From Mesorhizobium carmichaelinearum (GTDB lineage: Bacteria > Cyanobacteriota > Cyanobacteriia > PCC-6307 > Cyanobiaceae), in the NCBI GenBank assembly GCA_943368365.1, contig CALRKZ020000001.1, positions 29,128 through 93,127 on the forward strand: a stretch of 64,000 bases of DNA. Reading direction: 5' to 3'. Numbering within the stretch: the stretch's first letter is position 1; every line of letters begins with the position of its first letter. Position numbers and translations under genes: made by a program. Positions 11,643 through 19,947 of the stretch are shown piece after piece. The notes below the pieces were generated by a model. The model saw only the letters and a list, made by a program, of their open reading frames with translations. It was not told the origin of the DNA and ran no database searches.

Positions 11643-13123
11643 CAGCGCAGCCGCTCGAGGTCGCGGCGGCGGTCGTTGAGGAAGCCGGTGAACAGGCTCA
11701 GGACGGTGCGCTGGCGGAGCTGGATGTCGGCGGTGAGGGCCATGCCGGGCTTGAGGGGAATCGGCCGGGTGCTGCCCTTGAGGCTCTGGCTCTGGAGCTG
11801 GAGCACGGCCGGGTAGAAGAGACCGGTGGACTCGGTGCGCAGGGTTTCGGCCATCTCCTCGGTGGTGAGCGCATCGGAGCCGATCCGCTCCACGCGGGCC
11901 TTGATGCTGCCGAACTCGCTGGAGGGGAAGGTGTCGATCGAGATCTCGGCCTTCTGGCCGGGCGAGAGGAAGCCGATGGCGTTGTTGGGGATGAACACCT
12001 TGGCCTCGAGGGCATCGCCCGGCACCACGCGCAGCAGGGGCCTGGTGGCCTCCACCACCGAGCCGGGCGACACGTCGATGTCGAACACCGAGCCGGCGCT
12101 CGGGGCGGTGAGCACGCTGTATTGAAGCTGCACCTTGGCCAGGCGGATCTGGCCGTCGAGTTCGGAGATCTGGCGCAGGTTGGCCTCAATGCGGCCGCGC
12201 AGATCGGCTCCGGGAGCCACTTCCGCATTGCGCAGGGAAGCCCGCAGGCCGGCGGCGGTGCGCTCCTCGGTGGCCAGTTCGGCCCGCAGCTGATCGGCGC
12301 GGTTGCGGCTCTCGAGCGCCTGCACCTCGCTCACGGCGCCGGTGCTGGCCAGGCCGGCGTAGCGGGCGGCGATGTTGGTGGCGGTGGCCAGGGTGGTGAT
12401 CAGCCCCTGGATCTTGGCCTCGCTGGCGCGGAGCTGCTCCTCGGCCACCAGGCGCCGGGTGCGCAGATCCTCCGCCTGGTTGCTGAGCTGGAGCTGCTGG
12501 TTGGCGGAGAGGCCGCTGGCCTGGCCATCCCCCAGGGAGGCGGCGAGGATCTGGTTCTCGTTGAGCAGGCGGGCGCGCACGGCCTCGGCGGAGGTGAGGC
12601 GGCTGCGGGCTTCGCGCAGATCGAAGCGCAGCACCACCTGCCCCTGGCGCACCGTTTCGCCATCCTTCACCAGCACGGCCTCGATCACCCCCGGCACCGG
12701 GGCCTGGATCGTTTTCACCTTGCTGCCGGGCTGGAGCTTGCCCTGCACGGCAATCGTTTCACCGAGCGGTGCCACCACGGCCCAGATGCCGAGGGCACCG
12801 AGGCCCCCGAGGGCCGTCCACACGATCAGGCTGGAGGCGCGGCCGCTCTTGCGCAGCATCACCGGCTGGTTGAACTGCCAGTCGGCGGCGGGGGCCAGGG
12901 CACCACCGGGGGCCAAGCCGGTGGTGGCCGGTGCGAGGAAGGGATGCGTGGCGGCCGGATCGGCGGCAGGCGCTTCGGCGCCTTCACCGAGCAGGTCGAC
13001 CCGCACCGGCACCACCCGCTGATCGGGCTGGCGGCGACGGGAGCGGCCGCGGGGCGAACGCAACCAGCCCACGGCCCGCTCGTAGAGGTCGATCAGGAAA
13101 AAGGAAGGATCAGAGTTGGTCAT
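11642..13123 (-). CDS. HlyD-family membrane fusion / secretion protein
   Basis: N-terminal TM segment, a lipoyl-like hairpin (IQAPVPGVIEAVLVKDGETVRQGQVVLRFD), long coiled coils, and a C-terminal beta-barrel region. ATG at 13123 forms an ATGA overlap with the ABC gene stop. Confidence 0.85.
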   Translation of the reverse strand: MTNSDPSFFLIDLYERAVGWLRSPRGRSRRRQPDQRVVPVRVDLLGEGAEAPAADPAATHPFLAPATTGLAPGGALAPAADWQFNQPVMLRKSGRASSLIVWTALGGLGALGIWAVVAPLGETIAVQGKLQPGSKVKTIQAPVPGVIEAVLVKDGETVRQGQVVLRFDLREARSRLTSAEAVRARLLNENQILAASLGDGQASGLSANQQLQLSNQAEDLRTRRLVAEEQLRASEAKIQGLITTLATATNIAARYAGLASTGAVSEVQALESRNRADQLRAELATEERTAAGLRASLRNAEVAPGADLRGRIEANLRQISELDGQIRLAKVQLQYSVLTAPSAGSVFDIDVSPGSVVEATRPLLRVVPGDALEAKVFIPNNAIGFLSPGQKAEISIDTFPSSEFGSIKARVERIGSDALTTEEMAETLRTESTGLFYPAVLQLQSQSLKGSTRPIPLKPGMALTADIQLRQRTVLSLFTGFLNDRRRDLERLR

Positions 13124-16100
13124 GCGAGGCCTCCTTCCTGGCTCTGGCTGGTGTGCAGGGCGTAGTACCAGCCCTGGCGCTGCATCAGTTCGCGGTGGGT
13201 GCCGGTTTCCATGATCGCGCCGCGGTCCATCAGCACGATGGAGTCGGCGGGCTGCACGGTGCTGAGGCGATGGGTGATGAAGAACACGGTGCGACCCCGG
13301 AAGGCCTCGAACAGGTTGATGCACACCTGCCGTTCGGTGCGGGCATCGAGGGCACTGGTGGCCTCGTCGAGGATGAGCAGGCGGGGGTTCTGGAGCACGG
13401 CGCGGGCCAGGGCGAGGCGCTGGCGCTGGCCGCCGGAGAGACCGGCGCCCCGTTCCCCCACATCGGAGTTGTAGCCCTTGGGAAGGTCCATGATGAAGTC
13501 GTGGGCGCAGGCGATGCGGGCGGCGCGGATCATCTCCTCGGCGGTGGCATCGGGCTTCACCAGCAGCAGGTTCTCGCGCACGGTGCCATCGAAGAGCACG
13601 CTGTCTTGCGGAACCACACCGATCTGGCGGCGCAGGGAATAGAGCTCCACCTTGTTGATGTCGAGCCCGTCGATCAGCACCTTGCCCTCGAGGGGGCGGT
13701 AGAAGCGGGGCAGCTGCTTGAGCAGGGTGCTCTTGCCGCTGCCGGATCCCCCCACCATGCCCACGAAGGAACCGGCGGGCACCTCCAGATTCACGCCCTG
13801 CAGGATGAGGGGCCCATCGTCGGCGAAGCGGAAGCTCACGTTCTGGAACTCCACCCGCCCGATCAGGGGGGGCATGGGGATGTTGAGGGCTTCGGCCTCG
13901 CTCTGCTCGGTGGTGCGATCCACCACGTCGGCCACGAGCTGGATGGAGGCGGTGCTCTGCTGGAACTGCTGCCAGGTGGTGGTGAGCTGCACGAGCGGGC
14001 GGGTGATGTAGCCGCTGAGGATGCGGAAGGCGATGAAGGCGCCGAAGGTGAGCTGGTTCTGGATCAGGAGATACACACCCACGCCGGTGACAACCAGGCC
14101 ACTCAGATCATTGATGAACCCGGCCAGGTTGGTGATCGATTCCCTGGTGATCTTGAGCTTGAAGTCTTCACCGATGAAGCGGGAATAGCGATTCTGGAAC
14201 TCCCAGCGGGTCTTGAGTTCGGCGTTCTGGGATTTGATTGTCTGGATGCCGGTGATCGATTCGTTGAGGTAGGAATGGGTTTTAACCGAGGCGCCCATGC
14301 TGCGCTGGATCTGGGAGCGCACCAGCGGATTGCTCACCAGGGTGAGGGCCAGCATGAGCGGCAGGGTGGCCAGGGTGGCCAGGGTGAGGGGAACGCTGAT
14401 CGCGAAGAGGATGAACAGGTAGAGGAAGCTGAAGGCCAGATCCACCACGGTGGTGAGGCTGGTGCCGAGCAGGAAATCGCGCAGCCGATCGAGCTGTCCG
14501 AAGTAGAACATCACCTGGCCCACGGGCCGGCTGTCGAAGAAGCTCTGGGGCAGCCGCACCAGCTGATCGAGGATCGTGCTCTTGGTGGCCTGATCCACCC
14601 GGTTGGCGGTGTCGGTGAAGATGTAGCTGCGCAGGGTCTTGAGAACCGCGCCGGCCAGGGCCGCCAGCAGCAGCACGAAGGAGATGCTGAGCAGGGCGTT
14701 GAAGTTACGGCTTCTCACCACCTGATCGAGCAGCACCTGCATGCCCAGCGGGGTGGCCAGGGCCAGCAGGTTGATCACGAAGGAGAGCGCCAGCACCTCC
14801 ACCAGCTGGCGGCGGTGTTCGCGCAGGAAGGGGAGGAACCAGCCCCAGCTGAAGCGGCTCTCCTTGGCGTCGGGCTTGCGCTGCACCAGCAGCAGCTCCA
14901 CCGGCTCGCCGCCTTCGCCGAGCTGCTCGGCGGGCAGCAGCAGGGGGCCGAGCTCGGGTTCGAGCAGGCGCAGGCGACCGTCGTCGTGCACGCCTTCGAG
15001 GATGGCGAAGTGGCCCTGGGCCTGGAGCAGGGCGGGGGTGGTGGCGCGGGCGAGGCGATCGGCGGGGAGCTTGGTGAGCACCACCCGCAGGCCGAGGGCA
15101 TCGAGGATCTGGCCGAGGTTGATCAGGTTGAGGCTGGCCTGGCGCTCGAGCACGGCCTGCACCTGATCGCGCAGGGCATCGCGGTTGAGCGGCACGCCGA
15201 AGTAGGCGGCGAGGGCCATGCAGATGGCGATCGGGCCATCGCGGGGGCCGGTGGCCCGCTGCAGCCGAAGCTCGGCCTGGCGGTGGGCTTCGGTGCGGGG
15301 GGGCGGTTCGGGGGCGGAGAGGGCGTAGCCGCTGGAGGCGGGGGCGGCCGGCAGGGGCCTGGCCGGCGGGAGAGGGGTGAGGCCGGCATCGCCCACCTGG
15401 AGGGTGGGCGCGGCTTCGGGGCCCGGCGCCGGAATGGCGCCGAGGGGGGGGAGGCCCACCAGGCGCAGCCACGGGCTTCCGGGCGGCGGGGGCTCCGGGG
15501 CGGCGTCGCCGAGCCAGGCCTGGCCGAGCGGCCCACCGCTGCTGTGGAACCAGCTGAGTTCGGGGGCGAGGCCGAGGGGGGTGGCCGGCCCCGGCGGCAG
15601 GCTGCGCACCCGGGCGGGCTGGCGGATCGCCGGCCAGTGGCGCAGGGTGTTCGACCAGGCGGGGTTCCCGCCGGCCAGCTCCACCAGCAGGCGGTGCAGT
15701 TCGCTGGCGGGAAGGGTGGTCTCGAACCACGCACGGAAATCGTCGTGGTGGGGGAGCAGATCGAGAAAGAGGGTGGCGGGCAGGAAGAGCGCCTCGGCCT
15801 CGGCCGAGACGCGCACGTGCTCACAGGGCGAACCGCGCAACAGCCCGCACCAGCCCAGGCAGGCGCCGGGCTCGAGCCGGTCGATCGTGGCCAGGTCGCC
15901 GCGCAGGGGATCGGTGGCCAGCACCCGCAGGGTTCCGGCGCGCAGCAGCCACACCCCCTCGGGCGGCTGCTCGGGGCGGAGGATCGTCTGGCCGAGGCGG
16001 TAGCGGCGGGATTCGAGCAACGGTTCGAGGCCGGCAGCCACCGCGGCGGGAAGCCGGTCGAAGGGCCGGAAGCCGGTGAGCAGTCTCTGCTCGCGGCGAT

Positions 16101-16128
16101 CGGGCGGGCTGGCGGGGGAGGCGCTCAT
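13120..16128 (-). CDS. ABC exporter with an N-terminal cyclic-nucleotide-binding-like domain and a C39 peptidase-like domain
   Basis: 1002 aa. It has a cNMP-like beta-roll (RAGTLRVLATD...RLEPGACLGWCGLL) and a C39-like block (PIAICMALAAYFGVPLN...GHFAILEGV...LLEPELG). The transmembrane domain has six helices. The NBD has Walker A GGSGSGKST, signature LSGGQRQR and Walker B LLILDEATSALD. Confidence 0.9.
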   Translation of the reverse strand: MSASPASPPDRREQRLLTGFRPFDRLPAAVAAGLEPLLESRRYRLGQTILRPEQPPEGVWLLRAGTLRVLATDPLRGDLATIDRLEPGACLGWCGLLRGSPCEHVRVSAEAEALFLPATLFLDLLPHHDDFRAWFETTLPASELHRLLVELAGGNPAWSNTLRHWPAIRQPARVRSLPPGPATPLGLAPELSWFHSSGGPLGQAWLGDAAPEPPPPGSPWLRLVGLPPLGAIPAPGPEAAPTLQVGDAGLTPLPPARPLPAAPASSGYALSAPEPPPRTEAHRQAELRLQRATGPRDGPIAICMALAAYFGVPLNRDALRDQVQAVLERQASLNLINLGQILDALGLRVVLTKLPADRLARATTPALLQAQGHFAILEGVHDDGRLRLLEPELGPLLLPAEQLGEGGEPVELLLVQRKPDAKESRFSWGWFLPFLREHRRQLVEVLALSFVINLLALATPLGMQVLLDQVVRSRNFNALLSISFVLLLAALAGAVLKTLRSYIFTDTANRVDQATKSTILDQLVRLPQSFFDSRPVGQVMFYFGQLDRLRDFLLGTSLTTVVDLAFSFLYLFILFAISVPLTLATLATLPLMLALTLVSNPLVRSQIQRSMGASVKTHSYLNESITGIQTIKSQNAELKTRWEFQNRYSRFIGEDFKLKITRESITNLAGFINDLSGLVVTGVGVYLLIQNQLTFGAFIAFRILSGYITRPLVQLTTTWQQFQQSTASIQLVADVVDRTTEQSEAEALNIPMPPLIGRVEFQNVSFRFADDGPLILQGVNLEVPAGSFVGMVGGSGSGKSTLLKQLPRFYRPLEGKVLIDGLDINKVELYSLRRQIGVVPQDSVLFDGTVRENLLLVKPDATAEEMIRAARIACAHDFIMDLPKGYNSDVGERGAGLSGGQRQRLALARAVLQNPRLLILDEATSALDARTERQVCINLFEAFRGRTVFFITHRLSTVQPADSIVLMDRGAIMETGTHRELMQRQGWYYALHTSQSQEGGLA

Positions 16129-16913
16129 GCTTGGGCGGCAGGGGGCAGAGGCATCGGCTCCTCGCCGGCCATCAGCAGGCTCACCTGCTCCTTGAACCAG
16201 ATCTGGAAGAGTTCGTCCACCATCCGGGCGCGCATGGCGTCATCGAGTTGAGCAGGGAAACGCTCTTCCAGCCGCACCAACAGCCACAGTCCGCCCAGTT
16301 CGAAGGGCGGCCAGAGCTGGCCGGGGGTGCCCACCCGCAGCCGTTCGGCGAGGGCCGGATGGCCGGCACTGAGGGCGATCGGACCGATCAGGCCGCGGGT
16401 GATCCGTTCCTTGCCCTCGGCGTGCTCCGCCACCAGGGCGGCGAACTCGGCCTCCCCCTCCCGAAGCTGGCAATAGAGCTCCTCGGCCTGGTCGCGGTCG
16501 GAGACGCGCAGCAGGGAATAGGTGACCTGATCGAGATCGAGCTTGCGATCGAGGAAACGGATCTCCGCCTCGTGGGCATAGCGGCTCTGGCTGTAGCGCC
16601 GCAGCCGCTCCGACTTGGTGGCGAAGTAGCGCAGGTCGGCGGCCGACCAGCCCTTGCGGGCGAGCCACTGGGCCATGGCCTCCTTGCTGTCGACGCCCTC
16701 CCCTTCGAGATAGGCGCGCATCAGGGCGTTCTCCTCATCGGCGGTGAGGCTGACGCTGCTCACCACCCGATCGAGCACCACGGCCTGGGCGAGGGCGAGG
16801 GCCACGCCCTGCTGGCGCAGCAGGCGGTTGGTGTCGTGCACCGAGAGCAGGGGCTTGCCCGGGGCGATGGCGATCAGCGCCGGAGGGATCACACCGGAGA
16901 GGGGGGTGCTCAT
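16125..16913 (-). CDS. Parvulin/SurA-like peptidyl-prolyl isomerase family protein
   Basis: The C-terminal half (FAALVAEHAEGKERITRGLIGPI...GQLWPPFELGGLWLLVRLEER) resembles a PpiC-type rotamase. ATGA overlaps at both ends. Confidence 0.6.
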   Translation of the reverse strand: MSTPLSGVIPPALIAIAPGKPLLSVHDTNRLLRQQGVALALAQAVVLDRVVSSVSLTADEENALMRAYLEGEGVDSKEAMAQWLARKGWSAADLRYFATKSERLRRYSQSRYAHEAEIRFLDRKLDLDQVTYSLLRVSDRDQAEELYCQLREGEAEFAALVAEHAEGKERITRGLIGPIALSAGHPALAERLRVGTPGQLWPPFELGGLWLLVRLEERFPAQLDDAMRARMVDELFQIWFKEQVSLLMAGEEPMPLPPAAQA

Positions 16914-19789
16914 CGCCGGCAGGGCAGATCGAGGCGGGCCAGGGCGGTGGCCATCAGCGCGAGGCCGCGTTCACGCGAGAAATGGGCACGGGCATGCTGC
17001 AGGGCCGCATCGCTGGTGCGGCTCCAGAGCTCGTCGTCGGTGAGGAGGGCGGCGGTGGCCTCGCACCAGGCCTGGGGGTGGGGGGCGATGAACACCTCCA
17101 CGCCATGGCGAAGCCCGGTGGCTTCGGCGGCCACCGGGCTGAGCACCTGGGGAACACCGTGGGCCAGGGCGGCGATCACCTTGCCCTTGATGCCCGCCCC
17201 GGCCCGCAGCGGGGCGATGAACACCCGGTGGCGCTCGTAGACCACGGCCGCATCGTCCACCCAGCCATGCACGCGAACGCCCGGAACGGCCTGCCAAGCC
17301 TCGTGCAGCTCGGGGCCCAGGCCGCTGCCGTAGAGGTGGAACTCGAGCTCGGGCAAGCGTTCCCGCAACGTGGGCCACACATCGGCCAGGAACGATTCCA
17401 CGGCGTCCCGGTTGGGAGGGTGCTGATAGCTACCGAGAAAGGTGATGCCGTGGCGGCCGGCGAGCGGGGCGGGCTGGTCGACGGTGTCGACCACCCAGGG
17501 GCAGAGGGCGGTGGCGGCCTGGCCGAGGCTCTCGGCGGCGATCACGGCCTGCTCGATCTCGCTGTAGGTGAGGGTGAGGTCGACCGCGGCGATGGCCTCG
17601 AGCTCCTGGCGGCGGGTTTCGCGCACGGCGGCCAGGGCCTGCTCGGCCAGCTCGCCGCTGAGCCCGGCGCTCTGCAGCTGCCGCAGCTCGCGCAGGTAGT
17701 GGAGATCGGCATTGCAGAAGATCAGCCGGGCCTGGGGCGCGTGCTCGCGCAGCAGGGGCAGGCTGTCGCGCACGGTGGTGTAACGCGTGAGATAGATGAG
17801 ATCAAACTCGGCGCCCCGCTCGCGGAGGAAGCGCTCGAGCGAGAGCACGAAGGGGGCATGCACCGCCTCGATCCCCCGGCGTTGCAGCTCCTCGGTGTAG
17901 GAGCCGAGCCAGGCGAGGTTGGCGGGCAGGAAGGTGATCTTGTAGCCCAGCGACTGGATCAGATCCATCTCCACCAGGGCGGCATGGCTGCCGGCGTCGC
18001 GGTCGGGGCGGGGCGTGCCGTGGTCGAGGAAGAGGGCGCGGCCCAGGATGCCGCGGTCCTTGATGCGCTCGGCGGCCTCGAAACTCGGGTCACGCTCCCC
18101 CTCAAAGGCGTGCTGCCACTTGCGCTGGAACTGGGGGGCGTGCAGGGTCTGGAAGCGCTTGAGCCCTTCGCTGGTGGCGGGATCGGCATCGGTGCCGCAG
18201 CTGAGCCCCTCGTGGTGGATCACCCGCGAGAGCGGGGCATAGCGCACCACCAGGCCGGCTTCTCGCACCTTGAAGGCCAGGTCGGTGTCCTCGTAGTAGG
18301 CCGGCGAGAACTCGGGGCTGAACCCCCCCACCCGGTTCCAGAGCTCGCGGCGGATGGCCAGGGCGGCGCCGCTCACGTAATCCACCTGGCGGGTGTAGGC
18401 CACGCCGGGATGGTGCGGGTTGCGCCCACGGCCGTAGTTCCAGGGTTCGCCGTTGCCCCACACGATGCCGCCGGCCTCCTGGAGCCGCCCATCCGGATAG
18501 ATGAGCTGGGAGCCGGTCATGCCGGTGTCCGGCCAGCGCTCGAAGGGGTGGAGCAGCTCCTCGAGCCAGCGGCAGCAGGGCTCGGTGTCGTTGTTGAGCA
18601 GCACCACAAACGTGCCCCGGGCGGCGGCCACGCCGCTGTGGCAGGCCTGGTTGAAGCCGCGGGCGTAGTCGTGGCGGATCACCGGCACCCCCGGGGCCTC
18701 GCGGGCCAGGGCTTCGGCGGTGCCATCGGAGGAGCCGTCGTCCACCACGATCAGCTCGAAGGGCACGCGGGTGGGGGCGTAGGCCAGGGCCGCCAGGCAG
18801 CGCCGCGTGACGGCGTAGTTGTTGTGCACCGGCACCACCACCGACACGAGCGGCTCGGAGCTGAGGGGCAGCCGGATCGGCTGGCGGGGCACCGGCGTGC
18901 CGTGGGGCCCGGCCTCCTCGCCGGCGCCGGCGCTGGCGGGCGGCTGGATCGGGCCGCTGAGCAGCCGCTGCAGCAGCGGCAGGTCGGGCGGCAGGGGGGT
19001 GCCGTGGCTGTCGGCCCAGTGGAGCCAGGTGGTGAGGCTGCGCAGGTGCTCGCGGGCCAGGGGCTGGAGCTGGTCGGGGAAGGGGGCCTGGCCGTGGGCG
19101 TGCAGGGAAGGCCAGGGGGTGAGCTGGAACGGCGTGAACTCGAGGCTTTCCGCCCGCTGCTGGCCCTCGGCGTCGTGGAGGGCGAAGTGGTGGGGCCGGC
19201 CGTCGCAGCTTTCGGGCGGGAGCGGCCAGTGCAGCTGCCCGTCGGGGCCGGCGCCGAGCCGGCCGATGGGACGGCCATCGAGGCGCAGTTCCAGCTCCTG
19301 GCCGGGAGGCGCCCAGCCGATCACGAAGGGGCCGTGCAGCGCATCGAGCCGCACGCCGCTGCCGCCGGCCCGGCTGCAGAGCTGCTCCAGCAGGCGATAG
19401 CGCTCGTCATCGAGGCGCAAGGGGCTGCCGGGGAGCTCCACCGGGGGATCGGCACGCACGACGGCGCGCACCACCAGGCCCGTGGAGCGGGGCGGCAGGG
19501 CGATGCCGCTGCCGCCGAGGAAGGAGAAGCCGCACACCGGGTTGAGGCCCTGGCGGTCGAGATCGGGCCGGGGCAGGGCGGCGCTCACCTCGCCCAGGGG
19601 CCAGGTGGCCCCCGGGCTGAGCAGGTCTTCCACCTCGAGCAGCACGGTGAGCGGGCCCGACGCGGCCGATCCGGCCAGCGGGGAGGCCCAGCCCTCCAGG
19701 GCGCCCTCGCCGCTGAAGCCCTCGAAGGCCCCGATCAGCGAACCGCGCACGAGGGTCTGCAGGGCCGAAGGCTGGTTGAACGGCACCAC
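16910..19789 (-). CDS. Large bifunctional glycosyltransferase (GT2 domain plus C-terminal GT4/GT-B domain)
   Basis: GT2 core VSVVVPVHNNYAVTRRCLAAL...IVVDDGSSDGT...LLNNDTE. The C-terminal GT-B block is FLGSYQHPPNRDAV...FIAPLRAGAGIKGKVIAALAHGVPQV. The start is uncertain: GTG at 19789/19786 is chosen to avoid overlap with the divergent gene, and the maximal ORF reaches 19909. Confidence 0.8.
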   Translation of the reverse strand: MVPFNQPSALQTLVRGSLIGAFEGFSGEGALEGWASPLAGSAASGPLTVLLEVEDLLSPGATWPLGEVSAALPRPDLDRQGLNPVCGFSFLGGSGIALPPRSTGLVVRAVVRADPPVELPGSPLRLDDERYRLLEQLCSRAGGSGVRLDALHGPFVIGWAPPGQELELRLDGRPIGRLGAGPDGQLHWPLPPESCDGRPHHFALHDAEGQQRAESLEFTPFQLTPWPSLHAHGQAPFPDQLQPLAREHLRSLTTWLHWADSHGTPLPPDLPLLQRLLSGPIQPPASAGAGEEAGPHGTPVPRQPIRLPLSSEPLVSVVVPVHNNYAVTRRCLAALAYAPTRVPFELIVVDDGSSDGTAEALAREAPGVPVIRHDYARGFNQACHSGVAAARGTFVVLLNNDTEPCCRWLEELLHPFERWPDTGMTGSQLIYPDGRLQEAGGIVWGNGEPWNYGRGRNPHHPGVAYTRQVDYVSGAALAIRRELWNRVGGFSPEFSPAYYEDTDLAFKVREAGLVVRYAPLSRVIHHEGLSCGTDADPATSEGLKRFQTLHAPQFQRKWQHAFEGERDPSFEAAERIKDRGILGRALFLDHGTPRPDRDAGSHAALVEMDLIQSLGYKITFLPANLAWLGSYTEELQRRGIEAVHAPFVLSLERFLRERGAEFDLIYLTRYTTVRDSLPLLREHAPQARLIFCNADLHYLRELRQLQSAGLSGELAEQALAAVRETRRQELEAIAAVDLTLTYSEIEQAVIAAESLGQAATALCPWVVDTVDQPAPLAGRHGITFLGSYQHPPNRDAVESFLADVWPTLRERLPELEFHLYGSGLGPELHEAWQAVPGVRVHGWVDDAAVVYERHRVFIAPLRAGAGIKGKVIAALAHGVPQVLSPVAAEATGLRHGVEVFIAPHPQAWCEATAALLTDDELWSRTSDAALQHARAHFSRERGLALMATALARLDLPCRR

Positions 19790-19947
19790 TCCACCGCCAG
19801 GGCGATGCCCCGGAAAATAGGCCAGGTGGCACTGGCACGTCGGTGACAACGCCAGCGGGATGGTCGGCGGAGAATGCGGGCGTCGATCGCGAGGCCGCCG
19901 TGCGCCCACTGGAGCCGCCCCTGGAGGCCACGGAACCCTCGGCCGCG

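Noticed and set aside
12931-16251. 1106 aa plus-strand ORF, and similar long ORFs at 16982..19846 and 19735..21867
   Set aside because: These ORFs are antisense to genes with clear domain motifs: the ABC exporter, the GT2-GT4 fusion and paralog P1. Their composition is dominated by G/A/R/E/H/Q runs and no motifs were recognised.
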